From positions 10,386,451 to 10,450,450 of the forward strand of contig NC_134035.1 of assembly GCF_964204645.1 (NCBI RefSeq): a stretch of DNA of 64,000 nt. Direction: 5' to 3'. Source of the DNA: Tubulanus polymorphus. Its lineage: Eukaryota; Animalia; Nemertea. The notes under the pieces were generated by a model, which saw only the letters and a program-made list of their open reading frames with translations, was not told the origin of the DNA and made no database searches. The translations under genes and the position numbers were made by a program. This document shows, in pieces, positions 24,853 through 37,048 of this stretch; position 1 is the first letter of the stretch, and every line of letters begins with the position of its first letter.

Positions 24853-26707
24853 GTAGACAGTCCAGCTTTACCACTCCACTTTTAACCCGTGCAATCCGGC
24901 TGACTTGCCCGTTTGACGTCACCAAGCACACTCTGTTGATACATGGGTAGAGTGAGGCCTCGTCATCCTGGTTGTCGTGTTCCGTATGAGGGCGTGTAGA
25001 GGGCAGCCATTTCCTGACCGACTCTTTGTCTGACATCCTCGACATGTGACCAGCGAAGGAGAGCCGACACTTTCGGACATTAGTTTTGTTCCAGCAAACG
25101 TTGAAATTCGACAGAGAAATCGGCCCTGAAAAATTAAACGGGTTATATCCTGAAAAATAGAACGGATTAATAAACACGGAACAGTACAGGACAGTACGAA
25201 GACGAACAGTAACACATAAAACATAAAGACGTTGTTCCTCAGGAAGCAGGAACAGGAGCAGGAGCAGGAGCGGGAGCGCAGCGAATATCGCCAGGAGGAG
25301 AATCCACGGTAGCATGTTCACAGTGTGAGTAAGCTGAGGTGAATGGTCTATGCTTGTACTACACCGTGGTCAGCCGGTGACGTATTCAATAGCGCGTATA
25401 AATGATATCAACAACTCTGAAAAACCGCAATTGTGTCTCTATTGTTGAATGGGTTTACATTATGAAAGGTTCCACTGCCGGGTGGAATACGCACCAGTAG
25501 TCAGCTGAACAATATATATGATAGTGGAGGAACTTTGATAAGGCCATGAAATAAATTACTTGATTCCCAACAGCTATTTCCGAATTAATCAGTTTATAAG
25601 CCGCCGCCTGTTTTTTTCTTAAATTCTAGAATAATTTATAAATTATACCGACCGATAGCACTTCAGTTAAAGATTCACACCAACACAGGTCTTCATATCA
25701 TAGAAACCGCGTAAACATTTTCTAATGAAATAGTTTATTAGTCACAACTACGTAAGGACAGTTCACGCATCCCGAGATAACTAACTTACGCTGCCTAACT
25801 TACACCATGCGCGAGGAAAGCGGTCTATTTGAGTCATTGGGGGAAACCCACTAATACCATGTATTCATGATTAATCATCATTCATACTGTTATCGCAGAA
25901 TCCCGTCAGTAGACAGATTTTCATTAAGAAAAACTCCTCGATTCAATTGAGGGGAGACATATTAGGCTTTTTTAATTACTTGGAGCACCGATCCTCTGAA
26001 ATTCTGCCAAAAACTTCATGCTTACCACTCATAATTAAAAAAAAAACAAATTGTTTCCTTTAATTTTGATACTGGATTAAACGGTACATCATAGGCTAAT
26101 GTAAATTTAGGAAAGTCCATATTAGAATTTCGTTTCTTGTTCCAATTTACTCTTATCCTATTTTTGATTTTGGCCAAAGAGTATGGCGGTATCAAATCAT
26201 GCGTACAGGGTCAGTCTGTCCATGAGGATACTAGTTGTGATAAGTCAGACAAGTCATGATTAGGCATTGATGCAATTCACTAAATGAAAAACTGCCACCT
26301 GCCACTTTAGTCCACATTAAGTGTTAAATTTTGCTTATGCCTACAAAAATCATGTCATCATTGATGCCGGTCCTCTGACAGAAGAAGAATAAACTCAAAA
26401 GAAAAACCATTCAGTAAATGATAATAATAATATTGAGTTTATTAATCGCAATACAATAAACGTGGTAATTTTCAATTTGCCGTGTGCAAATTCATACGCT
26501 CGCTGTTGTAATGTGTCTCTGGTGAAATTAATCCCTTAAGTTCCTGATCTTTGTTTCTTGGTGAAATAATGTGCGTTCGATATTGACCCTCGATCAATGA
26601 CTCGCCTTTCTTTCCCGCCACCTGAAATAATAAAAAGAAAGTATTTCTTAGTGCTTAATTATTGATGTCGAAAAGTCTGTAAAACATTCTTTGAATTTAG
26701 AAAATTA

Positions 26708-26864
26708 TACAGCGGAACCTTGTTGCAACGAAATTCAGGGCACCAGAAAATCTGTTAGTTATAATTCGTTATATCAAATATGGAAATAATTGATATTGTC
26801 TTATCTGGAATGAAATTCTAGTTATGTAATAACTGATAAATTGTTAAAACGAGGTTCCACTGTA
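26708..26864. mobile_element. Tc1/mariner (pogo/Tigger-like) MITE
   Basis: TA-CAGCGGAACCTTGTT...AACGAGGTTCCACTG-TA terminal inverted repeats with TA flanks. Confidence 0.7.
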
Positions 26865-27311
26865 AACAGAGTTCTACAGATGGTGAAAATATCTCAGAAT
26901 TCATTGTCTCAATTCAGGTTGAAATTCCAAATAAATCCATGACTGAAATATCTAAACATACGTGAAATAAACAATCACCAAATTTTACAAAACGTAAGTG
27001 TCCATTAGAAAAATGTAAATTTCAATCTGAATGGAGAAGGAAGGGGGAGCCTAACATCCACCAAATATCCTCATAAATCAACCCTTTCAGAAATTTGTGT
27101 ATAAACTCTACTAGGGCAGGGAGAAATAATGACCTAAGAAACTCAGTTGTCTAAATTCAATATTAAACCTAATTAAAATCATTTGAAAACGTGTTTTAAT
27201 TAATTCAGGTTCTTCCTCCTCGGTTAAATAATAATCATCATCGTTATCATCATTTGTGTTGCTGCAGCAACCGCATCCGTCGTCGGCATCGTCAGCGTCA
27301 TTTATCTAAAT

Positions 27312-27512
27312 TACGCGAAAATAAAGATCTTCACCAATGGAAATAACATCTGACGAAATCATCTTGAAAATAACATCTTAAAATTGACCTACGCTAGTCG
27401 ACGAAAATAAAAATCTTTAAACGTTAAAGAAAATATCATCTTTTGAAATGATCTTGAAAATAACAATCTTAAAATCAATCTACACCGGGCGACGAAAATA
27501 ACAATCTTACGA
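27312..27512. repeat. ~90 bp degenerate tandem repeat (about 2.2 copies) in a pseudogene intron
   Basis: cgaaaataaa.atctt...gaaat.atcttgaaaataaca(a)tcttaaaat repeated. Confidence 0.7.
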
Positions 27513-28629
27513 CGGGCGCACACGTCGGCATTTGAAACTTACTCGTTTGAAGTCGGACATGTTCGTAGCCATCACAGGTGAACCAATAAATCCAAAATAG
27601 ATAATAACGGTCGTCTCTTCAACTCCTTGATTATCATACGAATATCTGGAAAATTAACATAATGCGTAGATAATTAACTCGAATAAAACTCAATGTCTCC
27701 AAAGTCCCCAAAAATCTTTGAATTAACGACAAGTAGACTGTGCTTCAGGTGAAAAACTAAATCGTGTTGAAATCAGCCTTTTCTAGAGTCAATCTTTAAA
27801 AGAATCGTAGAGAATCAATCTTTAACTTCCAATAGTCGACTAAGTAAGACTAATAGAAATTCATTGAATTTGGCAGTTTTTTTTCAAACTCTTTCGAAGC
27901 TGCTGTAATTTTTCTATTTTTTTCGAATTTGAACTGTAACTGTTTTAAGTGTTGAAATATGAAATGATTTTCATTCTTACCAAAACGCTGGAAACATTTT
28001 GGAATTTGACGTATCATAACGGTATTAAAGTTCTTTCTTTTACATCGTCTGTGGTCAATCTGCGATCAAAAAGAAACAAGATGAAAGAGACTCAGGAAGA
28101 GAGAGATGGGGAGACTCGGGGAGAGAGATTGGGGGAGGGGAAAAATGTTTAAAACTTACTGTATTTTCTGAATTGCCTCCATACTTTCTGCCGAGTCGAA
28201 GTCTAAAGTTTGCGGTTTATTCGTGAAAAGTCAAATCGTTTTTGGTGCAGTTCCGTCTGAAAAATTCAGTTGAATAATTTGAGTTTGAATGTAAGGAGTT
28301 TTAAGGCAGAAACTTTCAAAATCTGAGGAAGTGTCTGCATCACTTTCAAATCCCAATTACTGTAGACTCCTCATAAATGGGTACTGGTTATCTCAGTAAG
28401 CCGTCAATTCAGTGTTTTGTAAGCAAGTTTTATCCTCAGCACTACCTTAACTTGGCTTCTTATTCAGTATCTGGCCTACCCAGTAATTTGGTTATGAAAA
28501 ATCCTCGTCCCAACTTTACAGATTTAGGTATAGTCTAATGTACAACTACAAACATTTCTAATTGACTATTTCTCAAAATTGAAGGAGTTTCAAGCACCTT
28601 TTAACAGCTTTTTCAGTTTAAAAGGAGTT

Positions 28630-28720
28630 TTGAAGGAATCAAGGAGACATGGGGACCCTGTTTAAAGGAATCAAGGAGTCTGAGGGACCCTATTTAAAGG
28701 AATAAAGGAGTCGTAGGGAC
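28630..28720. repeat. ~32 bp tandem repeat x3
   Basis: aaggaat(c/a)aaggag...gggac repeated three times. Confidence 0.75.
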
Positions 28721-29040
28721 GCTGGAGTTTCTTACCGTCTGGGGCGTACATCTTTATGTAACAAATGTAGTTTAACAGGTTGTGAGAATTCGAGGGAAAT
28801 TATCAACTGTTCGTCGCAGTCCGACTGTAAATATCCGCCTTAAGGAGAGAGAGCGTGTTTCAACTTGTGATCGTTCGATTCGTTTAAACATTCCGAACCG
28901 TTCATCTGTATCATCTTAGATAAAGCAATCTGTAAATATTCATGAGGTTCATTTCAATATTTATGAGGTCTGTTTGAATATTCATGCGTTTAATCTTAAA
29001 TTTTCATAATCGGCCAATCAGTTAACAGCTGAGGAATGGG

Positions 29041-29503
29041 ACAGAGTCTACTGTATTTCACAAACTCTTACTCAGTAATTGACACCAACTCGGGGTAGAA
29101 TATTACCAGTCTCAACTTTACCGCAGTAAGAGACAGAGTCTACTGTATTTCACAAACTCTTACTCGGTATTTGACACCAACTCGGGGTAGAATTTTACCG
29201 GTCTCAACATTACCGCAGTAAGAGTCAGAGTCTACTGTATTTTACAAACTCTTACACAGTATTTGACACCAACTCGGGTAGAATATTACCAGTCTCAACT
29301 TTACTGCAGTAAGAGACAAATTCTACTGTATTTCACAAACTCTTACTCAGTATTTGACACCAACTCGGGGTAGAATTTTACCAGTCGCAACTTTACCGCA
29401 GTAAGAGGCAGAGTCTACTGTATTTTACAAACTCTTACACAATATTTGACACCAACTCGGGTAGAATTTTACCAGTCTCAACTTTACTGCAGTAAGAGAC
29501 AGA
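29041..29503. repeat. 92 bp minisatellite x5 in a pseudogene intron
   Basis: acagagtctactgtatttcacaaactcttactcagtatttgacaccaactcggggtagaa...gcagtaagag repeats from 29041, 29133 and onward. Confidence 0.95.
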
Positions 29504-31207
29504 CTTCACAAACTTACATGGCCTTTAACTTCAACTGTTTCATCACTTTCTCCTGGCTCTTGATAATGCTTTTTGATGTTTTCCTTTCGACTTTGACCTT
29601 GTTTTTGAAGAAGGTGAAGGTCGGCATCGCTGAGATATTGTACCGATTCGTCACTTCCTAAAAATCCGACGAATAAATCAATGAAGCAAAATTAGACGGG
29701 GTTTTTGGACGCTTAAAGTACGGTCGAACTCATCTCACTAGGACTTACGGTCAATTAATCGATGTCGACTTTTAGAAAAAACAGCATTATAATATTTGGC
29801 GGCGTATCCTTCGAAAACAGGCGCGATTCGATGACAAGGGCGCCACCTACAGATAAATCAACAAATACAAACAGATCCGTTAGTACACAGAGGTTAAGTG
29901 ATAGGGTTAGGGTTAAAGCAAATATTAAAGGTTAAATAATGCCGGATTCGTTAATCTCTTTGATTCGTGATTGAGGTTACTTTCTGAAATTAAACCGATA
30001 GGCTATACAATACATATACTTACAATTAAACCTGGATTGACTTTTCAATTCGTATCATCCGTTTTTCAAACTGACTTTTCAATTCGTATCATCCGTTTTT
30101 CAAAATTACTATGATACAACAACAATTCATTCTGTGCATGTTGAGCTCATTCAATTTAAATAATATGTATAACTTGTAATTCTTAAGAAAACCTGTATTG
30201 TACCTGAGTTGTATTTCAAAAAATCAACATCAGAACACACACAATAACCAGTCTATTATGTATGTAGACTAATATTAGTTTGCTGTCCTGTACTTTATTA
30301 CTGTAAACCAATGATATGCTTTGTAATTATATTAAGGTGTAATAAAGTTATTTTGAATTTGAATTTGGTCCACGTGACCTTCACCGAGGTCAGTGACATC
30401 TAGGAGTAGAGAATCGAACCAGCCTATATAATATTTAATTGTATTTAAACATGAATGGGGGCCGTTTTGGAGATCATAATGGATATTTGTAGCATTAACA
30501 GCTTCATTATATTGATATCTACTGTATTTAAATTCAGTGGTGAGTTAATCCATGGTCGAAATTCATAAATTCAGCAAAATTGGGTTCGTGTTCGACGTGT
30601 GTAGGATTAATTAAATAAATGATCAATATCAATTCAAATTTAAAAGTAGAAGATCTAAAAAAAACCGTCCGATAACATTTCACTGCATCGCTCATTTAGA
30701 CCCTTGAAACGATATGACTAAAACGACAGCATGAATTGATTGGCTCATTATAACACCATATTCGATATTATTCATGATAGTGTCCAAATTTTATTTGGCG
30801 CGGCAACTTATTAACCACAGACTCTCTTTTCTTGCCACTAGTATCAAACACTGACGACAGGCCGATGGGGTGAAGTTCCGTTATAGGTGTTAATCTCTGT
30901 TTCAACTTGAGCTAGGACACCTGATGTCCTCTCCTCAATTCAAGTTGAACTAGACATAAGTCGACTAATTTACAAAGTATAAGTGAAACTGGATGTCAGT
31001 TAGTCATTACCTGAAGTGGTCGACCAGGATCGAACCGGTCGCTGTAGTTCGAACCTACTAGTTCAAAACTGCCTGTGAAATGCAGGGTTAGGGTTATTTT
31101 CCACTACTGTAGGCTTTCTAGGCATGTAGGCCAGTACCCTAAATCGATGGTCGGAATCTGAATCAAGATTTCTTAATCCTTTTGAAATTTTTCTATTTCA
31201 AATTTAG

Positions 31208-33940
31208 ATCAGTTACGGACGGTAGGTATGGAGCTATCTCCGGCCGGTCCGATCACTGTCCCAGATGGCGCCACTGTGCATATCAACTGCAGCGTAGACC
31301 TGCTGATAATTCCGCGGAGGACGATACACTGGGACGTCGCCGGCATGAGACCGGCGTTGAAACGAAAAATCGCTCAGAAATTCGTGACTCGCGACACGCT
31401 GCAGATAGTTATACAACAAATACGCGCCGAAGACGCAGGCCCGTTCTCGTGTAAAGCTGAAAATAAATATGGCTTCCTCTTGTATAAAAACGTTCACATT
31501 TGGGTTCAGTCAAGTAAGTATTCTATCAGGATCCTTACAACTCCTCGATTCCTTAAAAACTCTTTCTAAATGGAAAATTTTTTTGAATATGCTTGCTTTG
31601 ATTTGAGCATTATCCTGAAACTCCTTTAATACTCCTTCAATTTTGAGACATAGGCTCTACCCCTGAATCGGTACAGTAGAACCAGGATCTTTTTGTGAAC
31701 AAATAAGAAACCGAGTTTGGTAGTGTCAATGATAAAAATTTGCTCAAAACGGCTGAATTAACAGTTTACTGAGATAGGCCTAAACAGTTACTGATTTTGG
31801 AGGAGTAGACTGGAATAATTGATGTTAAAGTGGTGCAGATAATTCGTGGAAATATGAAATTCTCTCAGTACTCCTCTTATCCACAAATGACTGATCTGAA
31901 GGGAACTGGTAGATTTATTGCATAGTTAAACCATATAGTTAAAACTTTTTGATTGATAGTTGTCGAAGGTCAGTCTCGGGTCGTTAGATTGTCTATAAAA
32001 CTAAGAATGATGTTCTTATACTAGTTTTAAATCAAAGGGAGGATTGCGCATTAGTGTATGGTGATTAGTGCATTTATATTATCATTTTAAATGCGTGTTG
32101 TGTTACAGGAGAGGTCAGTAGGTGCGGCGATCGGACGAAGTTTCAATGTAAATCCGGGCAGTGTTTGAATTTGGAGAAGCGTTGTGATAGCGTAATACAG
32201 TGTTCAGATGGATCCGATGAAATAGGATGTGGTGAGTTAACGACACCGAGTTGACTGCTGGATCGGTAGCTTTAAACTGTTTGACCCTTGCACTACCTTG
32301 AATGGGAGACCAATCTGCAGTTTGAAGCTATTCGAATAAAACCAAACCCATTTATAGTAATATCTGTCTTGTTCCGGTCGGAACTGAACTGATTTTCAAT
32401 ACGCGATTTATTTGCAGACCCGTCGTGTAGATCGGGATTTCTGTGCAATAATCGTCAATGCCTCGGTATAGATGTAACCTGTGATAAAGATGGTATCGAC
32501 CATTGCGGCGATTGGTCCGACGAAAACTGTGACATAATTCCTGTTCGAGGTATGGATCGTATTTTTTTTATCGCAAGTCATTAGATGTAATAAAGAAGCC
32601 CCTGCGATGGATAGAATTCCAAAATTTGAACGACAGAGGCTGGGAAATTACTAACCAAGAAGTGCGGTGTATAAATCTGTGATGTACTTCGCTACAACAC
32701 GGTACCGTATGGTGGTGTATTGTTGTTCATAATTAGTTTTTATCCGTATTGAAAGATGGCAGCACCTGTCAAAACCTAATGAAATATTAGTAACTAATGA
32801 TACACCGCATTGCGGTGTAGATACACTTATAGCAGTTTGCCTGTAATTCAACACACCGGGGTGGGGTTTCTTGAAAATTTCCAAATCATCCCCAGTATTT
32901 ACGGGTATTGATTAGTCAGCACCGAAGGGGCTGTCGGAGCTTATTTTGTACGATAATTCCTACCGAAAAGAGAGTAATTCATGTAGTCAATATGTTTTCA
33001 TTATTCTACAGAGCGAACTCCCGGAGGCGGCACCGACGTGGATTTGAGTAATTCGTGGCATCGAACGATTATATTCATCATCGTCGGTTGTATCCTGGCC
33101 GTCGTGATGGTCGTGTCGGCTTTAGTCGTCATCATGTGTCGACATCACCTCGTCAAACACGACGACGACACGTGCGACAGCGGCGTCGACGCGGCCACCG
33201 ACGACGAGATACACACTCTCGACCCGGCGATCGGGTCGACGGCGACCGTACCGATCACCGGCGCGATGGATATCCACCCGGAGGAACAACCCGAACTCCA
33301 ATCGTTGATCGATTTACCGCCGCCGTATTCGAAACACGACGAGTCTCTCCCGCCACGCGGCGATGACGACGACGCGCCACCGCCGTACGAGACGTTCCAA
33401 CGCGGACTCGATGATATTTATAATCCGACCGTGCATCGATCAACGCCTCTGTTGCCGCGTCCGGTCTATCGACATCGGGACGACGGTCGGTCGTCGAGTG
33501 TCGATCGCGTTTTAGAATCGACGCCTCAGCCGCCGTCCGGTAGTCATAGTTTGGATTATCGTACGTTGACTTTACGACGCGATGATATCCCACCGCCGGT
33601 CGCTACGTCGACGCTCCGGCGTCACCCGCCGCGATCTCTTGAAGGTAGGTTGGTTCCGTCTGCGGCGAATGAGAGGAGGGCTCCGACGACGCGAATGCCA
33701 AATCAGACTGAGAGGAGGGCTCCATCAGCTGCCTCATCTGAAAGGAGGGCTTCAGCTGAGAGGAGGGCTCCATCATCCTTGGCCGATCGGAGGGCCCCTA
33801 CGACGCGTACTCCGAATCAATCTGTCCCAGCTGAGAGGAGGGCTCCGACGACGCGTCCCTCAAATGCTGCTACAAATTCTGGTGCTCAAAGGTCAACGAC
33901 CGAAAATTGTCCAACGACTCTTTACGAAATTAGTGTTTGA
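31208..33940 (+). CDS. Single-pass membrane protein: Ig domain + two LDL-receptor class A repeats + TM + Pro/Arg-rich tail with PPxY motifs (LDLRAD-like). Exons 31208-31513, 32109-32231, 32418-32549, 33012-33940; 5' exon not identified
   Basis: Ig C...W...DAGPFSC; LDLa CGDRTKFQCKSGQCLNLEKRCDSVIQCSDGSDEIGC and CRSGFLCNNRQCLGIDVTCDKDGIDHCGDWSDENC; TM IIFIIVGCILAVVMVVSALVVIM; LPPPY and PPPY. All junctions are GT-AG, phase 1, and keep the frame open. Confidence 0.9.
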
Positions 33941-34342
33941 TATCGTGTATGTATATTTGTATAGTTTTCAAAAAGTAACTATTCGTACGAAAGCAATGAT
34001 TTTTCATATCGAAATATTTTGTCCCAAGATGTGATATTATCATCTTGAAGGTGCTGTGCGGTATATATCAGCCGGATTTATAGCGGTGGGCTACATGCGA
34101 AAATACATTTTTCATTTCGGCGTTAAATCAGTCAAATTCTAAACTTTAAAAGTTGGTCATAATACTGAGTATTTAGGGACCGTTACATGTGCGTACACAT
34201 TAAATTAATGAGGTCGAGGGATCGTCTCAGCAAAATTGTGTGTACGAACAGCCCCTAATAAATTTATAATGAGTACAATGTTCATTTGGTTAGTGGTTAG
34301 GGGAGAAATGTCAAGTATATAACCGTCACATAGGCCTACACT

Positions 34343-34660
34343 ATAGCTGCGATCACGTGAGCATGTTTGGCCCATGTTGAATTAGGCCCATAACAACTTA
34401 ACACTGGTCCTGAATGGGCCCATGCCTGTTTGGCCCACGCCATATTTGTCTCGGCCAAAATGTCGGACCGGGCCAGAGCCAAATTTTAGCACAGGTCAAA
34501 TTATTGCCTATGAATTGCAACTGGTTCCGGAAGTGACTCACTTCGTTTTGTTAAAGCATTTAGTATCGAGTGAACACACTCTAATTGCGTGAGCCTTGTG
34601 GGCCAATTTGACTTGGGCCTGATCCGTGCCAAATCCCGTCCCCGTGAGATCGCGGTTTAT
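34343..34660. mobile_element. MITE-like interspersed repeat; partial inverted copy at ~57320-57440
   Basis: Ends atagctgcgatcac / gtgagatcgcggtttat are roughly complementary. Internal gaattgcaactggttcc..agtgactcacttcg is found reverse-complemented near 57328-57360. Confidence 0.55.
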
Positions 34661-35732
34661 GAATGTTTTTAGGTTTCGCTAGATTATATCGCCGAGATAT
34701 GTATTATTTGATTATCGCATAATAAAGTGACTGAAGCCAAGGCAGTATTTAATGAATATTAGCGAGTGAACTGTGCTACATTCATACGCGCCTCATTTAA
34801 TACAGTGATCGTTGTCGACAATCAAAATTAATGTTTTATAAGTATCAAATCTTACTGTTATGAATCTGATGATAATTTTGTACGCATGTTTTATTAGAGC
34901 CAGTTGTCAAAAAGCCGTCTTATGCTTGGCTTTCACTGTTTATTTAACATGTGAAGTATGCATTTAAGGAAGTTGCATATCCACTTCAATCAAATCAAAT
35001 CAACTCTTGTAAATGATTCTGAACTTCTCGAATATCCAACCATTGTTAACGATTAGATTCTGAACTTCTCAAATTCCTAATTGTATACGTATTACGTTGC
35101 ATGAAATTCAAGCTTCTCTCAACTGTGGCGAACGTTTTCTACTTAACTTACTGCACTGGTGGTATTCAATAGCTCATTTCAGTATGCCAGTTTCTCAGCA
35201 TTTCGTTTCATTACCGACACCGATACGGCCATTAATCATTTTTCGATGCTTGTTTTTTTTTTTGCGTGTGCTTTTTCCCTGTAGTTTATAATAAGAATAT
35301 CATCGTCGATGCATTTATACATGTTTGAAAATGACATGAATTTTTTTTTGTTAGCAATTTTATCGTTATTATATGTAGAGTTACTAATCAATCTAAGGTA
35401 CAAACTTAATAGGCCATTCATTAAGTACGCATTATGTATTAAGCATAAGCCACTAAGTCAAACTTGCGTACGGCAAGTCATCGTCGTATATATATTAAGT
35501 CACTTAAGTAGTCCCTATTTCGGACCAGACTGGTCCTCATATATCTAATTGTTGTAGTGTATTCACAAAAAATGAGGGTAATTTGAAAGTCTTACCTGTG
35601 GTTGAGCTCTTAAAGAGTAGAAACTACTCACTTAGTTAAAGTAGTCAATACTCTGTGATTAGAGAGTTCCAGTTTGTATTTCTAATTCCAATTCATTCAT
35701 TGTTGGTCGTCATTTGGATAAGTCGTCGACCG

Positions 35733-35901
35733 AAGGGAACATTCATTAATAACGTCCGCATAAAATTAGAATTTTTCAACCCCCCTCTCCCCCCCTGTAA
35801 ACAAAATCGGCCATTTTTTCATATACATTAAGCATTACAGTACGCAATTGCACTGACCCCTCCCCCCTCCCCTAAAGCGTACGTAATAAATGAATGACAC
35901 C
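35733..35901. mobile_element. MITE family copy 1 (copy 2 inverted at 53909-54068)
   Basis: TIR-like ends ggaacattcattaataacgt / acgtaataaatgaatgacacc. The body is the reverse complement of 53909-54068. Confidence 0.75.
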
Positions 35902-37048
35902 AAATCATAATGATGGTCCCAGCTACGACTTTAGCGAGTTTGACAGTTATTGCATATAGGGCTGTGGAAAATTAGCAAAATTTTGCGCACATATTTTATG
36001 AACACTTGGCACTTATTCATTTTTAGGGGAAATGTAGGTTTTCATCGCTAGTCATCCTGCTCATTACACGTGCTTGCGCCCCATAGATCTCGAAAAGCAT
36101 TCTTCATTTCAACCTCATTATTGTTACGACATACCGGCATACTGTGCATACCAACTGCAATAATATCTATACCTTATAAAAAGCATGAAGAAAAAATTAT
36201 TAAACAAATATTGCTAATTTATGTATTTGTAATGAAAATTCTTTATTCGAAAGAAATAAAATATATTGACATAAAAATAATATACTGGTCTTGTAGTATG
36301 AATATTTTGTCAGGACTTTCCATTACGTCATAAGGATGTTTGACAAACAATATATAAATAAATACTTTATCATCATTTCGTTGATTTCGAGTTAAAATGT
36401 GGCCAATCGACCTCGATCTGAAATTCTATGAATAACATTTAACAAGTAAAGATAAGATACGATTTATGGAAAAAACAGTTAACCTTTTAAAAACCCAACA
36501 GAGATCAACGATAAATTCTGTGTAACAATGAACACGTTTAATTCACGGGATATGCATAGCCTGTGATAACAAATTTAGTACATCAATGAAAATGGCACAT
36601 GCTTCAGCCAAAAACATCCATCAATTCCATTAAATATACCGATATACTTGAAACAAAGATTGCACCGATTAAAGATTGCAAAAAGCAACATTGAGCAATC
36701 AAGGGCACGACCCTTTTAAGAAAAACTTAATTACATCGAATAAATCAGTATTCAACAACTACAGAAAATCAAGAACATGTCATGTCTAGTCGGGCATGCA
36801 GTACACCATCTCAATCAGGCTTTCTACACATTTTCATTAACAGATTCAACGAATGTCCGTTAACCTGAAAATTATTTCACCGAGGGAAAACAGCGACACA
36901 AACAAACATCAAACATTCTCAAATTATAAACCATAAAAACAAAATATCATGGACGGATTGAGAAATTCATTCGTTCTAAAATGCAACAGCAATAAATACA
37001 CGAATATTTTACGAGATATGAAACAGTTAATATAAAACACTGATCATT

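Larger units (their letters stand above)
24402..25093 (-). ncRNA. Long imperfect inverted repeat (arms ~24402-24584 and ~24914-25093, short inner stem ~24623-24643 with ~24891-24910); candidate hairpin RNA
   Basis: Arms are roughly 80% complementary by hand alignment, and both begin tggaacaaaactaatgtccgaaag. Transition mismatches are biased to G-U pairs on the minus strand. The inverted repeat is certain; transcription is inferred. Confidence 0.55.
26594..29846 (-). pseudogene. TXNL1: Thioredoxin-like protein 1 (Trx + PITH domain) unprocessed pseudogene. Exons 29846-29749, 29657-29518, 28929-28736, 28256-28160, 28059-27981, 27645-27543, 26621-26594; first exon not found
   Basis: Translations: PCHRIAPVFEGYAAKY..AVF-LKVDID*, NISAMPTFTFFKNKVKV, SECLNES..LQSDCDEQLIISLEFSQPVKLH, APKTI*LFTNKPQTLDFDSAE, IPL*YVKFQNVSSV, DNQGVEETT..FIGSPVMATNMSDFKR, VAGKKGES. 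Four in-frame stops, several frameshifts, and the active site reads WRPC instead of CGPC. Confidence 0.93.

Noticed and set aside
24782-25321. 179-aa ORF with a signal-peptide-like N-terminus
   Set aside because: The Leu run comes from a (ctcctg)n microsatellite, and the rest crosses acceptor-like tracts, the LINE remnant and loop repeats.
33055-34034. Overlapping alternative-frame and antisense ORFs
   Set aside because: By-products of the GC-rich coding exon of the LDLa receptor.
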